From a virus, in IMG/VR virus record IMGVR_UViG_3300047274_000223: a stretch of DNA of 64,000 nt. The stretch is one strand, 5' to 3'. Positions 30,786 through 38,529 of the stretch are shown piece by piece. Position numbers and translations under genes: made by a program. The notes below the pieces were generated by a model that was given only the letters and a program-made list of their open reading frames with translations, did no database searches and had not been told where the DNA came from. How positions within the stretch are numbered: the stretch's first letter is position 1; each line of letters starts with the position of its first letter.

Positions 30786-30810
30786 CCCCTGCTCCCAGAT
30801 GCCCTATACT
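30782..30810 (+). promoter_or_regulatory. Early sigma70-type promoter for cobS
   Basis: TTGACC-N17-TATACT. Confidence 0.85.
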
Positions 30811-30851
30811 ACTAAGGTAATCGACGGGAGCACCCCCTCAACCCCATCATC

Positions 30852-31913
30852 ATGACGAAACAAGTGGAACTGACTAACCTGACTCAACGATTTGGTAAAA
30901 CTGTAAATGCTGCTCAACTTCGTGAGTATGCTAATGAGACTGGTGTGAGCTACCAAACTCTTACTAAGAAACTGCTCAACTATAAAACTGGACGTGGAGT
31001 GTGGACCTTGGAAGTGGAGAAACTGGAAGAATCTTTTGCTGCTCCTGCAGTTGATCCCGATCGGGAACTTCAGTCCTATGTTCCTGCTAAGGATGGCAAT
31101 TTTGTCCCGTTCGGTAACTTTGCAGATCTGAAGAAAGTTATTCAGTCGAAAGAGTTCTATCCTGTTTTCATCACTGGTCTGTCTGGTAACGGTAAGACTC
31201 ATTCTGTTGAACAGGCATGTGCTCAACTGAAACGTGAACTGATTCGTGTCAACATCACGATCGAGACTGACGAGGATGATCTGATCGGTGGTTTCCGTCT
31301 TGTGGATGGTTCTACCGTGTGGCACAACGGTCCTGTGGTGGAAGCACTTGAACGGGGTGCGGTGCTGCTGCTTGACGAGATCGATCTTGCTTCTAACAAA
31401 ATTCTCTGTCTGCAGTCTGTTCTGGAAGGTAATGGTGTGTTCCTGAAGAAGATTGGTCGTTATGTCCGTCCTGCTGCTGGTTTCACTGTGGTTGCTACTG
31501 CTAACACGAAGGGAAAAGGATCTGATGATGGACGATTCATTGGAACTAACGTCCTTAATGAAGCCTTCCTTGAACGATTCCCAATCACGTTTGAGCAAGA
31601 ATATCCCACTGAAAAGACTGAGATCAAGATTCTTTCTAACATCATGGGTGGTTCGGACGATGATTTTGCCGAGAAACTTGTTCGCTGGGCACAAGTAATC
31701 CGCAAGACCTTCTATGATGGTGGTGTTGATGAAGTGATCAGCACCCGTCGTTTGGTGCATATTGCCAAGGCATTTTCTATCTTCGGCAAACGTGATAAGG
31801 CAATCGAAGTGTGTGTCAACCGTTTCGATGCTGATACCAAGCAATCTTTCTTGGAACTCTATTCCAAGGTAGATGACAAGGTTGAAACTATTGACGAGCA
31901 AGCACCTTTCTGA
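30852..31913 (+). CDS. cobS: CobS/MoxR-like AAA+ ATPase
   Basis: GLSGNGKT Walker A, LLLDEID Walker B, ATANTKG sensor, AFLERF. Confidence 0.9.
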   Translation: MTKQVELTNLTQRFGKTVNAAQLREYANETGVSYQTLTKKLLNYKTGRGVWTLEVEKLEESFAAPAVDPDRELQSYVPAKDGNFVPFGNFADLKKVIQSKEFYPVFITGLSGNGKTHSVEQACAQLKRELIRVNITIETDEDDLIGGFRLVDGSTVWHNGPVVEALERGAVLLLDEIDLASNKILCLQSVLEGNGVFLKKIGRYVRPAAGFTVVATANTKGKGSDDGRFIGTNVLNEAFLERFPITFEQEYPTEKTEIKILSNIMGGSDDDFAEKLVRWAQVIRKTFYDGGVDEVISTRRLVHIAKAFSIFGKRDKAIEVCVNRFDADTKQSFLELYSKVDDKVETIDEQAPF

Positions 31914-31919
31914 TATACT
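31891..31919 (+). promoter_or_regulatory. Sigma70-type promoter within the cobS 3' end
   Basis: TTGACG-N17-TATACT. Confidence 0.75.
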
Positions 31920-31962
31920 AACGGGGAGGTTATCCCTCCCCTTCTTTATGGAGAACTTAATT

Positions 31963-32277
31963 ATGCAATGGAAATACAATGAGGATAAGATCCTTAAAGA
32001 CGTTGAAGATTATGTGGTAAGCACTTATGGCAGTCATTATTGTGGCCACGATGATGAGTATTCTGATATTCAAACAATTGATCTCATGGCAGCAAAAGGT
32101 CTAGCAGCAGATTTCTGTCAAGCAAATATCCTGAAATATGGATCTCGATATGGTGACAAAGATGGTCACAATAAACGTGATCTTCTCAAAGTGATTCACT
32201 ATGCTATGCTTCTACTTCACTTCGATAAACATTATTCTCGCACTAACAACGGTCTTCAGGAGTTTAAATCTGTATGA
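31963..32277 (+). CDS. DUF3310-like protein (SaV / T7 gp1.7 nucleotide-kinase-like family)
   Basis: FCQANILKYGSRYGDKDG...DLLKVIHYAMLL motif; start MQWKY after GGAG. Confidence 0.65.
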   Translation: MQWKYNEDKILKDVEDYVVSTYGSHYCGHDDEYSDIQTIDLMAAKGLAADFCQANILKYGSRYGDKDGHNKRDLLKVIHYAMLLLHFDKHYSRTNNGLQEFKSV

Positions 32278-32951
32278 GCATTTCTATCAGCACTACCACT
32301 ATCGATGCATTGAAGAATTTTCTTTCTATCAATAAATCCATCAATATCAAACCTGGTAATGTTCTTTCTACTCTTTCGGTGAACAAGAACATCATGGCCA
32401 GGTACGAGATTGAAGAAGAGTTTCCTAGGGAAGTTCCTATCTACGATCTCTCAGTTTTTATTGGTGCTCTTGGTTTGTGTCAAAGTCCAGAATTGGATTT
32501 TACCAATGATACTTGCTTGGTAATCAAAGATTCTGGCACAAAGTCACGCAGTAAGATCTATTACTCTGATGCTGATATGATCCTAAGTGCTCCCGAGAAA
32601 GATCTTGAGGTTCCTACTGCTGATGTGAGTTTTACTTTGACGTGGGAGAATCTGTCTCGTTTATCTCGTGCTTCTAGCACTTATGGTGTGCAAGATCTCT
32701 GCCTTTATGGTTCCGAGGGTTCTATGCATATGTGTGTGACAGATAAGAAGAATGATACCTCAAACGTATATTCTATTGAACTTGGCGAATCTGATAACGA
32801 TTTCTGCTTCTGCTTCAAGATGGAGAATCTGAAACTGATGCCGAACCATACCTATGATGTTTCCATTCATATGGGTAAGGTGGCCTTGTTTAAGTCTACT
32901 ACATGCAATCTGAAATACTGGATTGCTCTGGAACCTAATTTGACCAAGTGA
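32274..32951 (+). CDS. gp45: Sliding clamp gp45
   Basis: LKNFLSINKSI, IYDLSVFI and LKYWIALE motifs; precedes gp44. Confidence 0.93.
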   Translation: MSISISTTTIDALKNFLSINKSINIKPGNVLSTLSVNKNIMARYEIEEEFPREVPIYDLSVFIGALGLCQSPELDFTNDTCLVIKDSGTKSRSKIYYSDADMILSAPEKDLEVPTADVSFTLTWENLSRLSRASSTYGVQDLCLYGSEGSMHMCVTDKKNDTSNVYSIELGESDNDFCFCFKMENLKLMPNHTYDVSIHMGKVALFKSTTCNLKYWIALEPNLTK

Positions 32952-32973
32952 TAATCTGAGTGGAGGACTTATT

Positions 32974-33918
32974 ATGAAAGACCATTTTCTTTGGGTTGAA
33001 AAGTATCGTCCTCGTAAAGTTGACGATTGCATTCTTCCACTAAATATTAAAAAAACCTTTAAGGAGTTCGTGGAGAAGGGTGAGATTCCCAATCTCCTTC
33101 TTGCTGGACCTCCTGGTATTGGTAAAACTACTATTGCAAAAGCGATTTGTGAGGAATTAGGAGCAGATTATTATGTCATCAACGGATCTGATGAAGGACG
33201 ATTTTTGGACACGGTACGGAACCAAGCAAAAAACTTTGCTTCGACCTTATCACTTCAAGCAACTGGTAAACACAAAGTCATCATCATCGATGAGGCAGAT
33301 AACACAACCAACGACGTTCAACTCCTTCTACGGGCTAATATTGAGGCGTTTTATAGCAACTGCAGATTCATCTTCACGGCAAACTTCAAAAACAAAATCA
33401 TTGAACCACTTCATTCCCGTTGCTCAGTCATCGACTTCAGTATCCCAGGAAAAGAAAAACCTGCAATCGCAGCAGAGTTCTTCAACCGTGTCAGGTCTGT
33501 ACTTGCGGAAGAGGGTATCGAATATGATGCAAAAGTTGTTGCAGAAGTAATTCATAAACACTTCCCAGATTGGCGTCGAACTCTGAACGAACTTCAACGC
33601 TATTCTTCTAGTGGAACAATCGATAGTGGTATTCTCTCACAAGTATCTGACGTAAGAATCAATGATCTCATTAAACATCTCGCAGAGAAGAACTTCACAG
33701 AGGTACGAAAGTGGGTGGTCTCCAACTTGGATAACGATCCTTCTATCGTTCTTCGCAGGGTGTATGACGCCTGTTATGATGGCCTTTCACCCGCGACTAT
33801 CCCCGCTGCCGTTCTTATTATTGCTAAGTACCAATACCAAAGTGCGTTCGTTGCTGACCAGGAAGTAAATCTTCTTGCTGCCTTAACGGAGATCATGTGT
33901 GAATGTAATTTTAAATGA
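32974..33918 (+). CDS. gp44: Clamp loader ATPase subunit gp44
   Basis: LWVEKYRP, GPPGIGKTT, IIDEAD and PLHSRC motifs. Confidence 0.98.
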   Translation: MKDHFLWVEKYRPRKVDDCILPLNIKKTFKEFVEKGEIPNLLLAGPPGIGKTTIAKAICEELGADYYVINGSDEGRFLDTVRNQAKNFASTLSLQATGKHKVIIIDEADNTTNDVQLLLRANIEAFYSNCRFIFTANFKNKIIEPLHSRCSVIDFSIPGKEKPAIAAEFFNRVRSVLAEEGIEYDAKVVAEVIHKHFPDWRRTLNELQRYSSSGTIDSGILSQVSDVRINDLIKHLAEKNFTEVRKWVVSNLDNDPSIVLRRVYDACYDGLSPATIPAAVLIIAKYQYQSAFVADQEVNLLAALTEIMCECNFK

Positions 33919-33926
33919 GGAACTAA

Positions 33927-34217
33927 ATGACTATTAAACTTATTCGTATGTCTTCTGGTGAAGACGTTGTGGCTACAGTATTGGAAGATGAAACCGATTC
34001 CATTAAAATTAAAGATCCTATTGTGATTGTTCCTACTGGTAATAATCAACTTGGATTTGCTCCTTGGTCTCCTGTACTAGATCGTGAAGTTGAGTCTATT
34101 ATCGTTTCAAAACGATTTATTGTATTCATGAGTCAACCAAATGAACCTTGCTCGGAAAATTATAAAGCAATGTTCTCTAACCTTGTAACTCCCCCAGAGA
34201 AAAAACTGATTCTATGA
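33927..34217 (+). CDS. Sm-like small beta-barrel hypothetical protein
   Basis: KLIRMSSGEDVV and GFAPWSP motifs. Confidence 0.65.
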   Translation: MTIKLIRMSSGEDVVATVLEDETDSIKIKDPIVIVPTGNNQLGFAPWSPVLDREVESIIVSKRFIVFMSQPNEPCSENYKAMFSNLVTPPEKKLIL

Positions 34218-34861
34218 AAACTCTAAATCTTTTTCCAGTAACTCTTCATAAATTTGATAACCCAGATCCAAGGACTGATGAAGTTATCTCTTTGATTGAA
34301 GAGTTTAAACCTGAACAAAGAACTGGTGATTGGGCCCAATGGGAAGAGATGCGAGTTCAGACTACGGATGGAGTTCTTCATACCGAACCAAAATTCAAAT
34401 TTCTAATGGATTGGTTTCGACAGTGTTTGAATGAATATCATGCTTATTATGAACTGGATTGCGATGCTTTAGACATTTCTGTCTGTTGGGGAAACAAATC
34501 TGCACCAGGTAGAATGGCATCTCACCATGTTCATAATCATAATCTTTCTTATGTCAGTGCTGTTTATTACGTCACAAAGGGATCTCCGACTGTGTTCTTA
34601 GATCCATTTGCAAGTAAAGGTGGTATTGCACTAGATATCAACTGGAAGAAAAATAGAGAACTTGAACGGGAAGTTTATCCAGATCCAGGAAGTTTGATTA
34701 TGTTTCCTAGTTGGTTACCTCATTGCTCTAGGCCTCACACAGGAAAGGAATCTAGATATACTATGAGTTTCAATGCCTTGCCAGTTGGCAATGTTCATGC
34801 TAATCTGTATGGGTTCCCGATGGCACACATTACTTTAAATCATTATGCAACTGAATCGTGA
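34214..34861 (+). CDS. 2OG-Fe(II) oxygenase (TIGR02466-like)
   Basis: HVHNH...SAVYY, PGSLIMFPSWLPH and RYTMSFN motifs. Confidence 0.85.
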   Translation: MKTLNLFPVTLHKFDNPDPRTDEVISLIEEFKPEQRTGDWAQWEEMRVQTTDGVLHTEPKFKFLMDWFRQCLNEYHAYYELDCDALDISVCWGNKSAPGRMASHHVHNHNLSYVSAVYYVTKGSPTVFLDPFASKGGIALDINWKKNRELEREVYPDPGSLIMFPSWLPHCSRPHTGKESRYTMSFNALPVGNVHANLYGFPMAHITLNHYATES

Positions 34862-35903
34862 AGATGCCATTTATGCTGCCGATAAATTCATAACTTATTA
34901 TACCCAGTTCCAGAGAATTGATGACTATCTTCGTTTTGTTAAACGAGACAGGATGAGTAATCAGTCTGGAACTTTGTTTGGTCCAGAAGATGATATCTTC
35001 TGTAAATTTGATATGCATCCTAATGATATGGATTTCAAAATTCATCAGGTGGATACATCAGCAAAACCAAAGAGTAAATACAATCAAAATTTGTATTCTG
35101 AGGTTCTACATCAGACTGCATCTAATGCTATTGAGGAAGCAATTCCTGGTAGAACTTTGAAGTGGATTGTCACCGAAGAGAATACAAAGAAGATCGTTGG
35201 TGTTGTCCGCTTTGGTTCACCAACTATTAATAGTAAACCTCGTAACGATTATTTCGGTGAAGTCCTTCCTCTCTCTAATATTAACGCTCATTTTGTCATG
35301 GGTTTCAATATTGTTCCTACTCAACCTTTTGGATTCAATTACTTGGGGGGAAAGTTACTGGCTCTTCTAGCATCTTCTACTGAGTTGAAGAAGCAGTTTG
35401 ATGAGAAGTATGGTACTGATCTGAAGTATTTTGAGACAACTTCTCTGTATGGAACTACTAAAGGAGTCTCCATGTACGATGGTCTCAAACCATTTGTTAG
35501 ACACATTGGTGATACCGAAAGTGATTTCTTACCATTGTTTCACGATGATGAGTTTCGGGATTTCTTTTGGTGGTTTAACGAACGTAATGGTGGAGAACGT
35601 TTGGTATCTGCTGATAAGTCTTCCAAGAAACTGAAGATTCAGCAGAAGATGATTTCCATCATTCGTAAGTCTTTGGATGATGAGAACAAACTAAAAGAGT
35701 TTAATGACTGCATTAATCATGCTAAGACTCTGACTGAGAAGAAGAGATACTATCTTGGTGATTTTCGTCATGCTGCTGATGAAGTAATTGCTTGGTGGAA
35801 GAAGAAATCAACTAAGAGGTATGAGAAGTTGAGGAGTGAAGATAGAGTTCGAACTGAACTTGAGTTGTGGAAACCTGGAGTCGAACTGGAGATTATCCGA
35901 TGA
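34845..35903 (+). CDS. Conserved phage protein, possibly DUF4338/DruA-like
   Basis: GFNIVPTQPFGFNYLGGKLLALL and ETTSLYG motifs (similarity recalled, not searched). Confidence 0.5.
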   Translation: MQLNREDAIYAADKFITYYTQFQRIDDYLRFVKRDRMSNQSGTLFGPEDDIFCKFDMHPNDMDFKIHQVDTSAKPKSKYNQNLYSEVLHQTASNAIEEAIPGRTLKWIVTEENTKKIVGVVRFGSPTINSKPRNDYFGEVLPLSNINAHFVMGFNIVPTQPFGFNYLGGKLLALLASSTELKKQFDEKYGTDLKYFETTSLYGTTKGVSMYDGLKPFVRHIGDTESDFLPLFHDDEFRDFFWWFNERNGGERLVSADKSSKKLKIQQKMISIIRKSLDDENKLKEFNDCINHAKTLTEKKRYYLGDFRHAADEVIAWWKKKSTKRYEKLRSEDRVRTELELWKPGVELEIIR

Positions 35904-36286
35904 AGTATGAACTGAAGCATTATCTAAACTCCATCAATTTTGACAAGAACAATTTGATGGATGCTGATGAAGAGGCAATCAAACAGTATCCCTCTTATAT
36001 TATTAACCGCTGCCTCTCTGGTTTTATGGACACAGTTCTGTATGCTAACGAGATGAACATGGCTTCGCATCTAGACAATAAGATGCAATACGACTTTTTT
36101 ATAAATACAATCAGGAAGAGAAAACGTTTCTCACCTTGGTTAAAGAAGGATTCCCTGAAAGACCTTGAGTTGGTTAAGCAATACTATGGTTATAGTAATG
36201 AAAAAGCTAAGACTGCTCTTGGGTTGTTAACCAAAGAACAACTAAAATTTATAGAGTCTAAGCTTAATGTCGGAGGAAAAAAATGA
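35900..36286 (+). CDS. gp62: Clamp loader small subunit gp62
   Basis: YPSYIINRCLS, QYDFFINTIRKRKRFSPW and VKQYYGYSNEKA motifs. Confidence 0.95.
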   Translation: MKYELKHYLNSINFDKNNLMDADEEAIKQYPSYIINRCLSGFMDTVLYANEMNMASHLDNKMQYDFFINTIRKRKRFSPWLKKDSLKDLELVKQYYGYSNEKAKTALGLLTKEQLKFIESKLNVGGKK

Positions 36287-36699
36287 GTGAAATTGAAGTT
36301 AAGTGGTCTGAAGAGGACATGGTAGAAGTCCTTCTTAAAGAACCAGATGATTTTCTGAAAGTGCGTGAAACGCTGACTCGTATTGGAGTTGCTTCTCGCA
36401 AGGAAAAGAAACTATATCAATCTTGCCATATTCTTCATAAGAAGGGTAAGTATTACATTGTTCATTTTAAAGAACTGTTCGCACTTGATCGTAAGGATAC
36501 GAACTTTTCTTTGAATGATGTTCAACGTCGCAATCGTATTGTTCAACTCTTATCTGACTGGGGACTGATTACTCTTGTTAATGCAGACTCTATTACTGAT
36601 GCTGCTCCTCTCAATCAGATCAAAGTGATTGCGTATAAAGATAAGGGAGAATGGACTCTAGAATCCAAGTATAATATTGGAAAAAAGAAAGAGGCGTAA
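36283..36699 (+). CDS. regA: Translational repressor RegA
   Basis: PDDFLKVRETLTRIG and LYQSCHILHKKGKYYIVHFKELFALD motifs. Confidence 0.98.
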   Translation: MSEIEVKWSEEDMVEVLLKEPDDFLKVRETLTRIGVASRKEKKLYQSCHILHKKGKYYIVHFKELFALDRKDTNFSLNDVQRRNRIVQLLSDWGLITLVNADSITDAAPLNQIKVIAYKDKGEWTLESKYNIGKKKEA

Positions 36700-36735
36700 T
36701 AAATAGAGGGAACCATACCCTCTATTCCCAGACCG

Positions 36736-37110
36736 ATGGCCGATAACAGTAACAATAAGAAGGCACAATGTATGAGTACTATTGTTAGAATTTCAGTTTT
36801 GAGTTGGAGTGCTGCATTACTTACCGCTAGTTATGCTGGTTTACTTTCCAAGATGGATCCAACTTTTATTGCTACAGTCTTTACTGCCGCTGCAGCAACT
36901 TTCGGTGTAGATACACTGAAGAAGAACGAAAAGGATAAGGAAGAAGATGCCAAACCAGATTCCATCCCTGCCACAACAGCAGTTGAACCAATTGTCCAAC
37001 CAGTCTTCGATACCCCAGTTGCAGTCGAGCAACCTGCAGACGCTTCAACCATTGAAGAATCAGTCGCAGACGATACAGCGCCTTCAAGGTACTCTGATAC
37101 CGAGGCTTGA
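36736..37110 (+). CDS. Small membrane protein (two TM segments, acidic tail)
   Basis: Hydrophobic ISVLSWSAALLTASYAGL and FIATVFTAAAATFGV; late promoter AATAAATA at 36698-36705. Confidence 0.75.
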   Translation: MADNSNNKKAQCMSTIVRISVLSWSAALLTASYAGLLSKMDPTFIATVFTAAAATFGVDTLKKNEKDKEEDAKPDSIPATTAVEPIVQPVFDTPVAVEQPADASTIEESVADDTAPSRYSDTEA

Positions 37111-37858
37111 ACCCCCTGCAGTTGATGCATTGCAAGTCCCTGTTACTCGGGGGCTTGCTTTGCCTGTATTTGAGGCACCTGATTCATCAATCAAGTATCC
37201 AGTTATAAATGTTCCTACACAGGAAGAATTTGATGCAGCCGTAAAAGCAGAGAAAGAAAAGCAGGCAGCGGAAAAAGAAGAGAAGTCTAGAGGTTTGCCA
37301 GATGCTAAGCCACCAGACCTCCCTGCTGCTGTTCAGGCACTCACCCAGACCCCTCCAGTCACCAAGGCAGAGATCCCAGCAGACAATCCTACTATCAACG
37401 TGGCAGGGGTCAAGGTGGACCTCCCAGACCCCTCTCTGGTGGCAACGGCAGGGGCAGTGGCAGTGGTGACGACTGCTTCCACCATGGTCGCAACTACAGC
37501 ATTTAACGCATTAAAGAATGCTGCTGAACCGATCATTAAAGAAGCAACAAAGAAGAAGTTTAAAATTAAGATCAAGCAAGTCAAACCTGTTCTACATTAT
37601 GTCTTAGCAGAAGGGGGACATATTGATATCTTTGAATACTCTGCAGATGGTACTAGACTTGTGGATCAAGTAGAGAACGTGGAGCAATATATTAGAGATC
37701 AAGTTGAGATCAATTCTCTCTATGAACTTGATAACAAGATTATTATTGATGATGTCATAGCAGAGAAATTTACAAAAGAGGGGCAAACGAGGTTTAAGCC
37801 CTTGTTTGCCCCTGCTAAGAAGATCGCTAAGAAATTATCTGCTAAGTTCTCAATCTGA
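36947..37858 (+). CDS. Pro-rich hypothetical membrane protein
   Basis: 303-aa ORF with YPVINVPTQEEFDAAV motif and one Ala/Thr/Val-rich TM segment; start uncertain because it overlaps the upstream gene. Confidence 0.7.
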   Translation: MPNQIPSLPQQQLNQLSNQSSIPQLQSSNLQTLQPLKNQSQTIQRLQGTLIPRLEPPAVDALQVPVTRGLALPVFEAPDSSIKYPVINVPTQEEFDAAVKAEKEKQAAEKEEKSRGLPDAKPPDLPAAVQALTQTPPVTKAEIPADNPTINVAGVKVDLPDPSLVATAGAVAVVTTASTMVATTAFNALKNAAEPIIKEATKKKFKIKIKQVKPVLHYVLAEGGHIDIFEYSADGTRLVDQVENVEQYIRDQVEINSLYELDNKIIIDDVIAEKFTKEGQTRFKPLFAPAKKIAKKLSAKFSI

Positions 37859-37981
37859 AAATTTATCTATAACCCAAGAAAAGATTAATACGGGAAGATA
37901 TACTATCAAGTTGTATAACATGTCAACAAAGATGTTGTCCTTCTCTTCTTTTCTTTTCTCTTTCGCTGGTGCTGAAGTCAT
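37850..37981 (-). CDS. 43-aa membrane micro-protein (MTSAPAKEKRKEEKDNIFVDMLYNLIVYLPVLIFSWVIDKFSD)
   Basis: GGGGAG RBS 5 nt upstream; one TM helix; translated by hand. Confidence 0.7.
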   Translation of the reverse strand: MTSAPAKEKRKEEKDNIFVDMLYNLIVYLPVLIFSWVIDKFSD

Positions 37982-38009
37982 TATAACTCCCCACATAATA
38001 TAGTATATA

Positions 38010-38096
38010 TTAGTTTAGTGTAGCAATATAAAGTTGTGCTTCTTGAAGTCTCCTCTGTTTGAGGATTTGCTGACGGATAACATTCAACCAATTCAT
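38010..38096 (-). CDS. 28-aa micro-protein (MNWLNVIRQQILKQRRLQEAQLYIATLN)
   Basis: Strong AAGGAGG RBS; ATGA coupling to the upstream DUF4278 gene. Confidence 0.7.
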   Translation of the reverse strand: MNWLNVIRQQILKQRRLQEAQLYIATLN

Positions 38097-38254
38097 TGTG
38101 TTACCTCCTTGTTATTGTTACAAGGACGATAAGCAACACCACGATATGTATTAGTTGGATGTGCTGGTGCATGTGTTTGTGAATACCAGTGCTGATATTC
38201 TTGCTTTGGTGTTTCAGTATCGTACTTTACACCACGGTAGGTTGCTTGTGACAT
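38093..38254 (-). CDS. DUF4278-family small protein (MSQATYRGVKYDTETPKQ...NTYRGVAYRPCNNNKEVTQ, 53 aa)
   Basis: Two TYRGV-x-Y motifs, the DUF4278 hallmark; AAGGAGA RBS. Confidence 0.85.
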   Translation of the reverse strand: MSQATYRGVKYDTETPKQEYQHWYSQTHAPAHPTNTYRGVAYRPCNNNKEVTQ

Positions 38255-38284
38255 TAGGGTTCTCCTTAAGTGTTAGATTAAAGA

Positions 38285-38457
38285 GCGTTCCTTCAGTCGG
38301 CTTTTGCGTCTATCTTACATTCTTTTCTTGTCATTTGTTTGACCTCCCAGACAATATTATTCTTCTGTTGAAGTGATAGTTCTGGGTGTGTCATCACTCT
38401 ACCAACAATAAATTGTGCTTGGAGACAAGTTAATAAGAGTGCTTCCATAGATGAACG
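38285..38457 (-). ncRNA. Glutamine-riboswitch-like unit 2 (glnA/Downstream-peptide family) with an ORF in its P2 loop
   Basis: Minus strand CGTTCATCT[ATG...AT]AGACGCAAAAGCCGACTGAAGGAACGC; P1 CGUUC/GAACG, P2 UCUAU/AUAGA. Confidence 0.65.
38293..38448 (-). CDS. 51-aa peptide nested in the riboswitch-like RNA (MEALLLTCLQAQ...KECKIDAKAD)
   Basis: ATG directly after CGTTCATCT; stop inside the 3' strand of the RNA motif; two Cys. Confidence 0.6.
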   Translation of the reverse strand: MEALLLTCLQAQFIVGRVMTHPELSLQQKNNIVWEVKQMTRKECKIDAKAD

Positions 38458-38460
38458 ATC

Positions 38461-38505
38461 CGTTCCGAGTCGGCTTACTTCCGTCTGCATTATAGCAGAT
38501 GAACG
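38461..38505 (-). ncRNA. Glutamine-riboswitch-like unit 1 (glnA-type)
   Basis: Minus strand CGTTCA-TCTGC-TATAAT-GCAGA-CGGAAGTAAG-CCGACTCGGAACG; the CGGAAGUAAG junction matches glnA aptamers. Confidence 0.7.
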
Positions 38506-38529
38506 TAAAATATATAGTGAAAATCTTTT

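Noticed and set aside
30804-31979. 391-aa minus-strand ORF antisense to cobS
   Set aside because: It is in codon register with cobS and explained by avoidance of TTA/CTA/TCA; no RBS, promoter or recognisable motifs.
38293-38490. Longer 65-aa version of the nested ORF starting in aptamer 1 (MQTEVSRLG...)
   Set aside because: Its extension is simply the translated RNA motif. The ATG at 38448 directly after CGTTCATCT is preferred, though an upstream start cannot be excluded.
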